From: a virus | IMG/VR virus record: IMGVR_UViG_3300025875_000005 | Coordinates: 1 to 64,000 of that record | DNA length: 64,000 nucleotides | Reading direction: 5' to 3' (one strand) | Shown here: positions 27,260 to 36,274 of the stretch, one piece after another | How positions within the stretch are numbered: the first letter of the stretch is position 1 | Layout of the letters: the number at the start of each line of letters is the position of its first letter | Program-made: the position numbers and the translations under genes | The notes under the pieces: generated by a model | What the model saw: the letters and a program-made list of their open reading frames with translations, nothing else | What the model was told of the DNA's origin: nothing | Databases searched by the model: none

Positions 27260-28267
27260 TCAACCTGGATTAAGTATCTCCTTGAAGGTTTCTTGCAGCA
27301 TCTCCAGGGTCAACTTCCCCGGGTCCTTGGCCGATTCGGGGTACATCAGGCGCCCCAACCGGGTCTTCTTGTAGAGGTACTTGCTGAAATGAGAGTAGGA
27401 CTCCTCTCCCGTCTTGTCATGGTCAAGCATGGTCAAGACAGCATCCACGGACTGGAGCTTGGTCAGCTTCTCCACTGAAGCCTTGGCCGTCAGCCCCGCC
27501 ACACAGTGAGGGTAGACCCTGAGGACGTTCAAGCAGTCGAACTGACCTTCCACAACCACGAGAGGGAGGCCTGCATCCATGGAGCTTTCGAGAGCCCGCT
27601 CGTTGTACCAAATCAACTCGGTGTTGTTCACCTTGTCCGGGCCCCAGCTGTAGTCGTGATGGCCGTACTTCTGAGCCTTGTCCAGAGCCCGCCCTCTGGC
27701 CCCCGCCAGCTTGCCCCCCATGGTCCTGAAGGGGGCGACGATCATGTCCTTCTTGGCGTCGTAGTGAAGCTCCATGGCGGTAGCCACCTGAGGGTCTACC
27801 GGCTGACTCTCGTTGATGGTGACCCGACCCGTCTCCAGGTACCACTTGCCCCGAGGGTTCTGATCCCAGGGCACGAACTGCTCAAGGAACCATTCCGGCC
27901 ACTCGATGAAGGCCTTGGACTTGGGGGAGAACTCCTGGAACTCCGGGAGAGATTCGATCTCCGATTCCAGACCCTCCAGAAGCTCCCAGGCAAGCTTGAG
28001 ATTGAACCGCCCCTCATAGTGGGGGAAGTTAGGGAGGTGCATCTCAATCTCTTGCAGGAGGGCACTGAGACGCCCTGAGCGGCAAGTAAAGCAATGGAAG
28101 CCACCCGTCTCCATGTTGACCGCGAAGGAGGGCCGCGAGTCCTTACCCGTCTTGTGGGTTGCGAAGGCCAGAGGACACTGCCCCCGCAACCATGTGCCAT
28201 TCTCTTCCGGGTCATGGATGGCCAGGGCAGAGAGGAACTTCCGAACTGATTCTTTTTTCACGCCCAC
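27260..28267 (-). CDS. DNA primase (Zn finger plus TOPRIM)
   Basis: CPL..H..PSF..CFTC; VVVEGQFD; DHD; KDPG. Confidence 0.9.
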   Translation of the reverse strand: MGVKKESVRKFLSALAIHDPEENGTWLRGQCPLAFATHKTGKDSRPSFAVNMETGGFHCFTCRSGRLSALLQEIEMHLPNFPHYEGRFNLKLAWELLEGLESEIESLPEFQEFSPKSKAFIEWPEWFLEQFVPWDQNPRGKWYLETGRVTINESQPVDPQVATAMELHYDAKKDMIVAPFRTMGGKLAGARGRALDKAQKYGHHDYSWGPDKVNNTELIWYNERALESSMDAGLPLVVVEGQFDCLNVLRVYPHCVAGLTAKASVEKLTKLQSVDAVLTMLDHDKTGEESYSHFSKYLYKKTRLGRLMYPESAKDPGKLTLEMLQETFKEILNPG

Positions 28268-28283
28268 TCCTTGGGATTTGAGA

Positions 28284-28487
28284 CTAGGGGTTCAGCGCCT
28301 TCGGTACTCCAGTGCAGACCACTCGAAGGTTAGGGATGAGGGAGAAGCTGAATCCTCGGTGCTTGCTGTAGCTCTCTTGGGCCTGAAACCCTGCTTGGAC
28401 GCAAGTCTCGTAGGTCTCGTACTTACCGACCACTACGCTGCCAATACCGGAATCGCCAACGAGGAACAGAGCAAGGAGGAAGATCAC
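28284..28487 (-). CDS. small secreted/membrane protein
   Basis: Hydrophobic N-terminus, two Cys. Confidence 0.45.
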   Translation of the reverse strand: MIFLLALFLVGDSGIGSVVVGKYETYETCVQAGFQAQESYSKHRGFSFSLIPNLRVVCTGVPKALNP

Positions 28488-28704
28488 GCGGCCTGCCTTC
28501 TGAGATTACGGTACTGAAAGGTCCCCCACTTCTCTTTGCATCGGGGACAGGTAGGGCGTTCTTCATGGTCTACCACAGTAACCGAGACCTTGGACTGACC
28601 ACATGCAACGAACGGCTTGGAAGCGTCGAAATGGGAGGTATGGGTCTTCATAGTCCTTGGGGTTGGAGGTATCGAAAAGACTACCCCCACCCTTCTACGT
28701 TTGT

Positions 28705-29193
28705 CTATGCGTCCTTCGAACGAATTGACTTAAGCGAGCGTGCGCCCTCAACGTTTCCGATGAAAGCCTTCTGCTCTGCCTCGCTCATGTACTTGTCCAC
28801 AGCGGAAAGCGGGATCTTGATGAAGTCGAGAAGGTTCTCGTAGCCTCCGACCAGAGTCTTCATCTTCCCAATCAGACCATGGAGGTCAGTCACCTCACGG
28901 GAGGTCTTGCGGGGCCCGAACTCCACCACACCTGTGGAGCCCTTGAGAGTGACCGGCTGAGTGCCACTGAACCGGGTGTCATCCTCCGCAACTGATTGCA
29001 GAAACTTCTTCAACTCATCCTTGCGCTTGATGAGGGGGGCAACCTCTGCAAGCTGGGCGTCCAGGGTGGCAATCTCATCTACGGCTGCCATCTCATCACT
29101 GGTGAGAATGCTCTTGGTCTTGGCCTTGGTTGCCACCTGTGCGACGGATTCAACGGCCTGGGTCTTGAGAGGGGACTTGAACTTAATCGGCAT
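28705..29193 (-). CDS. hypothetical protein
   Basis: AAGGAGTG RBS; 162 aa. Confidence 0.65.
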   Translation of the reverse strand: MPIKFKSPLKTQAVESVAQVATKAKTKSILTSDEMAAVDEIATLDAQLAEVAPLIKRKDELKKFLQSVAEDDTRFSGTQPVTLKGSTGVVEFGPRKTSREVTDLHGLIGKMKTLVGGYENLLDFIKIPLSAVDKYMSEAEQKAFIGNVEGARSLKSIRSKDA

Positions 29194-29223
29194 TTTGCAC
29201 TCCTTGCGTGTTGGTAGGGTGAA

Positions 29224-30063
29224 TCAGATACGGGGGTCCGACCATCCGGGGGTCAACTGGCCGAAGATGAGGACAACCTCAGCGGTCTTGCCGGTGTTGC
29301 CAATCTCGAAGGTCAGGAAGTAGCGAACGTTGTAGCCAGTGTCAGGGGTGGGGTAGATGTAATCCTGCTTCACGTAGTCGTAGAGGGTGTTGCTGATGGG
29401 GCATCGAATCTCGTTCTCCTGGGTCTCGCAGGTGGGAGGGAAGATGTCCCCCAGCACCGTACCAATGGCCTCTACCTTGACCAGATGAAGGGGATACTCC
29501 TCTTCCATGGGAACCTTGTTGTCGTTCACATCAAAAGCCGTGAGCCAGAGGTCGTTGTAGTTGAAGGCCTCATGGAGAGGGGTGACCCACTTGTTGGTAG
29601 TGAGCGTAAAGTAGGCCGGAGGGCCCTTGGTAGCATCCGCCTCAATTCGTTCGAAGACGATGGGCTCCCCGGTCGTCTGGTCAATGGCACGGACTTCCAG
29701 AGCCTGGGTCCCCATCTCGTTACCGAGGGTCCAGATTTCCTTGGCGCTGCCCTCTCCCTCGACCAGGGCCGATCCTGCGAAGACGCTGCCCCCGCCCTTT
29801 ACCACCACGAAGTTGACCAGCACCTTGCCGTCCGTGCTTCGGAGGGCATTGGGAACGTCCTGCATGACGGCTGCTGCCACTCGGATGTCACTCCCGATGG
29901 GAGCGCTCTGCCGGTCCTGCGAGACCGTGAGCGAGTAGCGAGCTACCCCAGGCTTGGGGGTGACGATATCCGGGGGGTCCCCCACGAGGGGCGTAATCTC
30001 CGGAGCATCCGGACCACCACAACCAACGAGAGCTACCAGGGCTGCTACGAGAAACTTGTTCAT
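29224..30063 (-). CDS. lipoprotein with Ig-like (Big-1-like) domain
   Basis: LVG-C lipobox; VNFVVVKGGGSV...G.A...WTLG...Q.LE pattern; own promoter at ~30096-30125. Confidence 0.7.
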   Translation of the reverse strand: MNKFLVAALVALVGCGGPDAPEITPLVGDPPDIVTPKPGVARYSLTVSQDRQSAPIGSDIRVAAAVMQDVPNALRSTDGKVLVNFVVVKGGGSVFAGSALVEGEGSAKEIWTLGNEMGTQALEVRAIDQTTGEPIVFERIEADATKGPPAYFTLTTNKWVTPLHEAFNYNDLWLTAFDVNDNKVPMEEEYPLHLVKVEAIGTVLGDIFPPTCETQENEIRCPISNTLYDYVKQDYIYPTPDTGYNVRYFLTFEIGNTGKTAEVVLIFGQLTPGWSDPRI

Positions 30064-30134
30064 TTTGGGCTTCCTTTTGAGTGATTCCTACTTGCCCAAC
30101 ATACCCTCACTCAAGAGTTTGTCAAGAACCTGGA

Positions 30135-30169
30135 TATAAAAAAGCCCCCGAGGATGAGGTCAGGGGCTT
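30135..30169 (-). terminator. intrinsic terminator after DnaB
   Basis: AAGCCCCTGA-loop-TCGGGGGCTT followed by TTTT. Confidence 0.75.
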
Positions 30170-30180
30170 GGACTGCGCGC

Positions 30181-31476
30181 CTAGATGAAGGAGAGGTCTT
30201 CCAGAGCCTCCACCGGCTTACCCTCAATATCTGCATCCACCTGGGTAAAGTCCATGGCCATGAAGTCCCACTTGATAGAAAAGTCCCCGGACTCTCCGTT
30301 GCGCCCCTTGTGAAGCTGAAGGATGCGCTTTTGCATGGTCTCAACCCCCTCATCCTTCTGGATGCCGATAACGATGGAGGAAATCATGCCGATGTTGTCC
30401 GTGAAGCCGATGTCCTCCAAACCGGGCTTCTCTCCCTTTGCGGGACCCTTCCCTTTCTGGACTGCCTGACGGTTGAACTGCCAGGAGCAAAAAGTGATGG
30501 CGTCTGCTCGCGTCGTGGCCTGCTTGATGAGGTTGACGTTGAGGGCCACAGACTCAAAGCGATTCAGCCGCTCATTAGGATGGCTGAGCATGTACGCGCC
30601 ATCGATGAAGATGACCTTACACTTGAGGTTCGAAGCCAGGGCATAGATGGATTCGACCGTCGCGGCAAGGTTCGCATCAACGATGTAGAACTTCGCTTCC
30701 TCCTTACCCATGGCCTCCATGCCTGCCATGAAGAACTCAGTCGTCTGGGTGGAGAAGGCTGAGCCCTTCAGCTGTCCGACGCTCGTACCAGCGTACATGG
30801 CTGCCACACGCTGGGAGATATCCAGGGCGCTCATCTCCATCGAAATGAAGAGCACGTTCTGCTTGTGGACTCGCCAGTTGTGGAGGGCGCAATAGAGCAT
30901 CTGATAGCTCTTGCCCATGGCGGGGCGACCCACGAAGCTCACCATGTTGCCCGGACCCACGCCTCCCTTGGTATCCATGTAGGGCCACCCGAAGTAAGCG
31001 GGGGGTGTCCCTGACAGGTTGGCGTTGTAGTAGTTCTGGATGACAAGCTCAGGAACATCCTTGGCTGCATCAAGCACTGCTACCCGGTACTGCTGAGCCG
31101 TCAACTCATTGACTGCCTTCTGAAGGATCGCCAGGGCCTCAGCGGTAGCCTTCTTGTCCTTGGTCAGGAGAGTCTGAGCATCGAGATTCGCCTGATTGAT
31201 GAGATTGTAGGCACTGCGTTCTTCAATCAGCTTCAGGTAGTAGGCGCTGGGCTCATGGATATCGAGAGCCTTCACTTCGGGGAACTGGGACTCCAGCGTC
31301 TCTAGGGCAGGTACCTGCTGATACTGACTGTAGTGCTGATGGAAGAACTCGAAAATCTCCTTTTCCTTGTCCCCCTTGAAGAGAGAGTCAGAGAGCTTCG
31401 CTTTGAAATATCCATAGTGGTTCTGTTCCGACGCAAAGCTTCGGAGGACTTTTGCCCCGAGCAAGTAAGCTGACAT
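30181..31476 (-). CDS. DnaB-like replicative helicase
   Basis: GRPAMGKS, FISMEM, FIDGAY, QFNR, KGRNG. Confidence 0.9.
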   Translation of the reverse strand: MSAYLLGAKVLRSFASEQNHYGYFKAKLSDSLFKGDKEKEIFEFFHQHYSQYQQVPALETLESQFPEVKALDIHEPSAYYLKLIEERSAYNLINQANLDAQTLLTKDKKATAEALAILQKAVNELTAQQYRVAVLDAAKDVPELVIQNYYNANLSGTPPAYFGWPYMDTKGGVGPGNMVSFVGRPAMGKSYQMLYCALHNWRVHKQNVLFISMEMSALDISQRVAAMYAGTSVGQLKGSAFSTQTTEFFMAGMEAMGKEEAKFYIVDANLAATVESIYALASNLKCKVIFIDGAYMLSHPNERLNRFESVALNVNLIKQATTRADAITFCSWQFNRQAVQKGKGPAKGEKPGLEDIGFTDNIGMISSIVIGIQKDEGVETMQKRILQLHKGRNGESGDFSIKWDFMAMDFTQVDADIEGKPVEALEDLSFI

Positions 31477-31491
31477 TGGGGGATGCTCCGC

Positions 31492-32031
31492 TTAGGAATT
31501 GCTGATGGTGTAGTGGGCCTTGAAGTGCTGGACAAAGCTATTGCCGTACTCCTTGCCCATGGCTTCTAGGTCTTCCACATAGGCGACCACAGGCTTGCTT
31601 GATGCCAGTCTGTCCAAGAGCACGTCGTAAATAATCTGGGCCTTCCAGCTGGGAAGGCTCTTGCCGCCCTGTCGAACGTAAAGGTTCGGGATGAACATGA
31701 TGGAGGGATCGGGGATCTCCACCTTGTCATCATGAGCATCAACGATGGTGTTGACGGTCACAAGCCGAGCGTCCTTGAAGTTACGGATGAGGGCTGCCGC
31801 CATGCTCATCATCTTCACCTCAGGCACCACCATGTGGTTGCCCGTGAGGAGGAGATTACGGCCTTGCTTCTTGTTCACGTTGAAGTGACGAAGCCAGTCA
31901 AGCTCCACAGTAGAGCAATACTGGGTGGCTGACTGCCAGAGCATGTTCTGTGGGATGTTAGCCGTCCGGCAGACGTTGGAAATGTCTGCGATGATCCGGC
32001 TGTGGGTCGCTGCGTCGAGCATCTCATTCAC
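31492..32031 (-). CDS. DnaC/IstB-like helicase loader, degenerate
   Basis: Lies between initiator and DnaB; ANIP, LLLTG, IYDVLLDR..KP patterns; P-loop GKT absent. Confidence 0.55.
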   Translation of the reverse strand: MNEMLDAATHSRIIADISNVCRTANIPQNMLWQSATQYCSTVELDWLRHFNVNKKQGRNLLLTGNHMVVPEVKMMSMAAALIRNFKDARLVTVNTIVDAHDDKVEIPDPSIMFIPNLYVRQGGKSLPSWKAQIIYDVLLDRLASSKPVVAYVEDLEAMGKEYGNSFVQHFKAHYTISNS

Positions 32032-33310
32032 CTTTGGCCTTAGACGCCTTCACCTTCGCCCAAGCCGCAAGAAATTCTTCTTTGGAAACCGGCGCATCCC
32101 CCGACGTGACCGGTTTTTCGGGAGCAAGCTGCTTACTCGCTTGCCCGTTGCCAATGGGGGCAGAGACGGATTTCCCCCCCTCCATGGCCTTCTTCGGTTC
32201 TGCAACCAGTTGCACTACAGGCTTGTCCATCAGTCTTACAAGCACGTCATGGTACTGAAGTACGAAACCGATCACTGGGTCGTCAGGGGTGTGCTTGAGC
32301 CCCTTGGCCTGCCCTGCCTCGAAGGCAAACCGTCCCCAGTGAGTGACTGCAAACTCCAACGCGGGGCCCGTCTTCTCCCCAAGTGCCTTCTGGAGCAACT
32401 TCAACTGACCCTTATCCTTACCGGTAAGGGCCTTCTGAAACTCCCCCTTCTTTTCTCCCACCTTTCGGGTCCAGAGGGAAGCAAGGCCCATCACACCAAG
32501 GTCGCCTGTTTGCTTACCCGCTTGCTTGGCTGCCAGTGCCTTCAAGACTTCAGACGCGCTTGCCATGGGTTCCACTCCTTGGATGGGTGCTACCTGCTGA
32601 GTCGTGATGGCTTGGGCTGTAGGGATTTGTCCTACCCCTGGGCTTTTCCCTACTGCTAGCAAGGATGGCTTACCTTGCTGGCTGTTGCTGTCTTCAGAAA
32701 AAATTTGGGTAGTTGCAGAGGGGCGAAGCCCCGATGCCAAGTAATCTCTGTCTGTAGTTTCTGAAGGTAGTCTCTGTAATGAAGTTTTAGATGAAACCAC
32801 GATATGCATCTTGTGGTTTCCACCATTTGACCTAGTTGATTCCATCGAAATCGGTTTTGGGGTTTTCCCCTTTCGGGGGACCTTCTTCGGGGGGTCAGCA
32901 AGGGCTGCCAGGACCTTCTCAGCATGGAAGAAAATGTGGGTCGTTACCTTCCCCTGGAACAGGTGTACTTCAGTGCTGATGAAGCCGAGAGCTTCCAGCG
33001 TCTCCATGGCTGCCCGTCGTTGCCATTCTCCCAGCCCAGTCTCCTCACACATCTCTTCCCGGCTCTTCGCAAGGCACGGACGCCCATCAACCTCCACCTT
33101 CAGCTTGCTAGCCCCAGAGCCCGTAGGAAGGTTCCAGTACACGATCTGGCTAAGGAGAACCCCAGCGGCCACAGAGCCTGAGATCGTCGCGTAGACGGGC
33201 GCGTAGGCCACCTTGGTAAGCGAGTCATGGACTGCCTTCAGCATCTTCGACATTGACGCCCCGTAGACTGCTTGGCCGATTATCAGAGCCCCTTGCTGAG
33301 AAGTAGCCAA
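32024..33310 (-). CDS. replication initiator (N-terminal winged HTH)
   Basis: AGVLLSQIVYW...KSREEMCEETGL..WQRRAA..LEALGFI. Confidence 0.75.
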   Translation of the reverse strand: MATSQQGALIIGQAVYGASMSKMLKAVHDSLTKVAYAPVYATISGSVAAGVLLSQIVYWNLPTGSGASKLKVEVDGRPCLAKSREEMCEETGLGEWQRRAAMETLEALGFISTEVHLFQGKVTTHIFFHAEKVLAALADPPKKVPRKGKTPKPISMESTRSNGGNHKMHIVVSSKTSLQRLPSETTDRDYLASGLRPSATTQIFSEDSNSQQGKPSLLAVGKSPGVGQIPTAQAITTQQVAPIQGVEPMASASEVLKALAAKQAGKQTGDLGVMGLASLWTRKVGEKKGEFQKALTGKDKGQLKLLQKALGEKTGPALEFAVTHWGRFAFEAGQAKGLKHTPDDPVIGFVLQYHDVLVRLMDKPVVQLVAEPKKAMEGGKSVSAPIGNGQASKQLAPEKPVTSGDAPVSKEEFLAAWAKVKASKAKGE

Positions 33311-33336
33311 GGGGCCTACAAATACTTACTCAGTGT

Positions 33337-33981
33337 TCAGTAGCTGTCGGAGTCTTCGTCTTCTGACGAGTCATCCTCAGAGGAGTCATTCTCGTCAGTG
33401 CTCTCGTCATCGTTGTCGTAAAGAGAGGCCAGAATGCCTGAAACAGCCTTCTTTTCGTCATCGTCGAACTTCACATCTAGCGAGAAGAGGTCACAATCGC
33501 CAGCCTCGATCTCTTCATCGGGGAGGGGGATATAAGCAGAGATTACGTCCGCGAGGTAGGCGTCATCCTTGACCTTGGCCCCCGCTGAGGCACAGAGACC
33601 CTTCACCCAGTCTCGAAGGTCGGCCATGGTGTTCTGCCGGGTCCACGCCTGAGCAATCTGCTGGGCACTCACGTGAGCGCTCACCTTGAGGAACGGGAAG
33701 AAGGTCTTGGAGAGCATGAGGCGCTCCCCACCACCACGAACCTTGAGGGGAGGTGCGAAGGAATCCGGCTCCCCGCCTACCTGGGAAAAGCGGCAAGCCA
33801 CATGGATGACCGGACCCACCTTGGTCATCCTGGTCTGAAGCTGAACGCACAGATAGAGCTTCGCATCTCCCTTCCCGCCAATGTACGTGTAGTACCGCCC
33901 GGTTCCGGGGATGACTGCCCCCGGCTCCATTGCGTTGAAGTGATTGACGAACTCTTCTGAGGACTTGAATCGATTTGCCAT
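33337..33981 (-). CDS. hypothetical protein with acidic tail
   Basis: CCAAGGAGTG RBS; promoter with -35 at 34042. Confidence 0.7.
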   Translation of the reverse strand: MANRFKSSEEFVNHFNAMEPGAVIPGTGRYYTYIGGKGDAKLYLCVQLQTRMTKVGPVIHVACRFSQVGGEPDSFAPPLKVRGGGERLMLSKTFFPFLKVSAHVSAQQIAQAWTRQNTMADLRDWVKGLCASAGAKVKDDAYLADVISAYIPLPDEEIEAGDCDLFSLDVKFDDDEKKAVSGILASLYDNDDESTDENDSSEDDSSEDEDSDSY

Positions 33982-34043
33982 GGGCCCACTCCTTGGGTGA
34001 CTGCGTTGATGAATCTGGTTCTACACCTTCCGGATAGAGTTTG

Positions 34044-35225
34044 TCAAGCCCATCCGTTTTTCTTGATTTCGTTGTAGACCACCTCAGCAACCTCAGAATG
34101 GGACACCCGACCATCCGCTTTGGTGTTGACGCATCCGGCAACTGATTGCGCCAGGACGCTCAGCACCTTGACCGTGGGCTCATCTCCCATGACCGAGGTG
34201 TAGACCTTGTGGGCAAAGAGCTTGGCGCTAATCATCTCCAGCTGGGGAATCTGGAAGACGGCATCTACCCGTCCCTTGCGGTAAAGCTCTGGGGGGATGG
34301 CGCTCTTGTCGTTGGTCGTCATGACCACGAAGACCCGAGACTGATGCTCTGCGAGCCACCAGAGAAGCTGGGAGAGGATGCGAGAGGTCGTGCCCCCACC
34401 ATCGCTGCCCCCGCTGAAGATCTTCTCCACCTCATCAATGAGGAGGACGCATGGTGACTCTCGGTCTACCAGGGAGAGGATCTTGGCAATCTTTCCCTCA
34501 GAGACTCCGATGTATTTGTCCAGGCTGCTAGAGACATCCATCCGGTAGAGGGGAACCCCAAGCTCATTGGCGATGGCCTTCGCACCCATAGACTTGCCTA
34601 CTCCAGGAGGGCCCTCAAGCATCACGCCACGTGGAACAAGCTTGGCGTGGACTGCCTTGTGGAAGAAGCTCTTGTTGAGGTCCATCCATGCCTTGAACTT
34701 GTCCGGCCACACGTAGAAGTCATAGGAGGTGTCTTCCAGGTGAAGGCCCTGGGAGCTTCCATAGAGGCTTGAGCGGGTGCGACGGACTTCCATGGGGAGG
34801 GCGTTGCCCGCCCGTGCCTCAGTCAGCATCAGGATTTCCTGGACTGCCTTGATGGAGAGACCCCTCAAGACAAGTGCCAGAGCGGGAATGTCTGCCGGAG
34901 GGATAACCTCCTCCAGGGTAGCAATCAGGAGGGGCTCAGGGATGGGCAGGACCCCGGCGTCAAAGATGAGGTCACTTCTCTCGGAGGCGTTCACACAGAC
35001 CAGCACTCCATTGGTCTCACGAAGGTGGACGTAGAGGTCGGGGGTTACAGTCTCTTCTTCCTGGGTCCAGTAGAGGAATCCTCCGATGGGGTTCTTCTGT
35101 GCCTTGGGAAGCCGGATGACCTTCTTCCCCCCGTTGTAGTGCGCAAGCACTGACTCCAGATTCACTAGATCATCGGTGGAGACCCCGATAATCGGCATTC
35201 GCGCCTTCAGCGCTAACTCGAACAT
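34044..35225 (-). CDS. AAA+ ATPase (Ycf46-like)
   Basis: GPPGVGKS, LLIDEVEK, PPELYRKGRVD. Confidence 0.85.
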   Translation of the reverse strand: MFELALKARMPIIGVSTDDLVNLESVLAHYNGGKKVIRLPKAQKNPIGGFLYWTQEEETVTPDLYVHLRETNGVLVCVNASERSDLIFDAGVLPIPEPLLIATLEEVIPPADIPALALVLRGLSIKAVQEILMLTEARAGNALPMEVRRTRSSLYGSSQGLHLEDTSYDFYVWPDKFKAWMDLNKSFFHKAVHAKLVPRGVMLEGPPGVGKSMGAKAIANELGVPLYRMDVSSSLDKYIGVSEGKIAKILSLVDRESPCVLLIDEVEKIFSGGSDGGGTTSRILSQLLWWLAEHQSRVFVVMTTNDKSAIPPELYRKGRVDAVFQIPQLEMISAKLFAHKVYTSVMGDEPTVKVLSVLAQSVAGCVNTKADGRVSHSEVAEVVYNEIKKNGWA

Positions 35226-35302
35226 GCACCCACTCCATTGATTGACGAACTGGAGTGAAGGTACATGCCTCCGCAACTGATTGCAAGGATGCCGCTACCC
35301 TT

Positions 35303-35710
35303 TTACGGGTTGGAGGGCCGCGCCGTGACCACCAGCGTCCGCTTCTCCACTGCCGTCTTAAGCTCGTTGATGGCGTTCACAATCTGATTCACGTCCCTGT
35401 CCGTCCGGATGGCCATGATGTGGGTCGTGTCGATCTTCGACTCCATCTGTCCCATCTTCTCCTGTAGGGCCTTCTTACCCTCGTTAGCCTCCGTGACATG
35501 CATCTTGAGAAGCTCTTGAGTGAAGTCCGCTCGGTTACGCGAATCGACGTGAGCGGTCACTGCCCCAACGAGGGCGCTGGCTATTGCCAGGAAGAGTCCC
35601 AGATCTTTGAACGATACGTTCATGGTGAACCCCTGGGCCCATTGTGATAGAGCCAACAGCGGAACTTTACCCGACTTGCGATTCAATTCCAAAGTTGCCA
35701 TAGCTGTCAC
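35303..35710 (-). CDS. membrane protein with coiled coil, holin-like candidate (start probably 35623)
   Basis: One TM helix plus coiled coil at end of tail module. Confidence 0.4.
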   Translation of the reverse strand: MTAMATLELNRKSGKVPLLALSQWAQGFTMNVSFKDLGLFLAIASALVGAVTAHVDSRNRADFTQELLKMHVTEANEGKKALQEKMGQMESKIDTTHIMAIRTDRDVNQIVNAINELKTAVEKRTLVVTARPSNP

Positions 35711-36264
35711 CCACTGAGTCCCATTGCTTCCTCGAAGGTAATCGCGAGGATGAAGTCACGGAAGGCCTCCCAGCTGTCAGAGGGGATGAGCTTCTTATCG
35801 AGAGCATTGGTAATCCACTCTCGAATGAGACCGTCCCCGCGCTGGATGAGCCAAGGCCTCCCAGACCGAACCTGAAGCCCTTCATCGTTGATGATGGGTG
35901 AGGCCCGGAACTCCAGCATCTTCGTCTCGAACTCTGACACCACCTGCTCGAAGCTCGCTGACTTGTGGCTCTGAAGCCACTGGAGCATATAGACCTTGCC
36001 CGCGTAGCGCTCATCAAAGGCAGCCTTCTCCACGCTGGAGAACTTGCCCCAGTCATCCGACGCCACGCTGCCCGAATCCTCCAGCTTGCGAAGCTCAGTC
36101 TCAAGCTCCTGCTTCTGCATGGTCGAGTCTTGGTTTACTCGGGAGAGACTGGATGCAAGGACAGTTGAGGCACTGATCTGCCCATTGATGCGAGCAATCT
36201 GGGTCCGGAGGTCGCGGATGCGCGCCTCCTTGGCATTCACTGCGTAGATTTCGTCAGGGGTCAT
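35707..36264 (-). CDS. hypothetical protein (tail-fibre associated)
   Basis: AAGGAG RBS, follows fibre gene. Confidence 0.6.
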   Translation of the reverse strand: MTPDEIYAVNAKEARIRDLRTQIARINGQISASTVLASSLSRVNQDSTMQKQELETELRKLEDSGSVASDDWGKFSSVEKAAFDERYAGKVYMLQWLQSHKSASFEQVVSEFETKMLEFRASPIINDEGLQVRSGRPWLIQRGDGLIREWITNALDKKLIPSDSWEAFRDFILAITFEEAMGLSG

Positions 36265-36274
36265 GAGCTACTCC

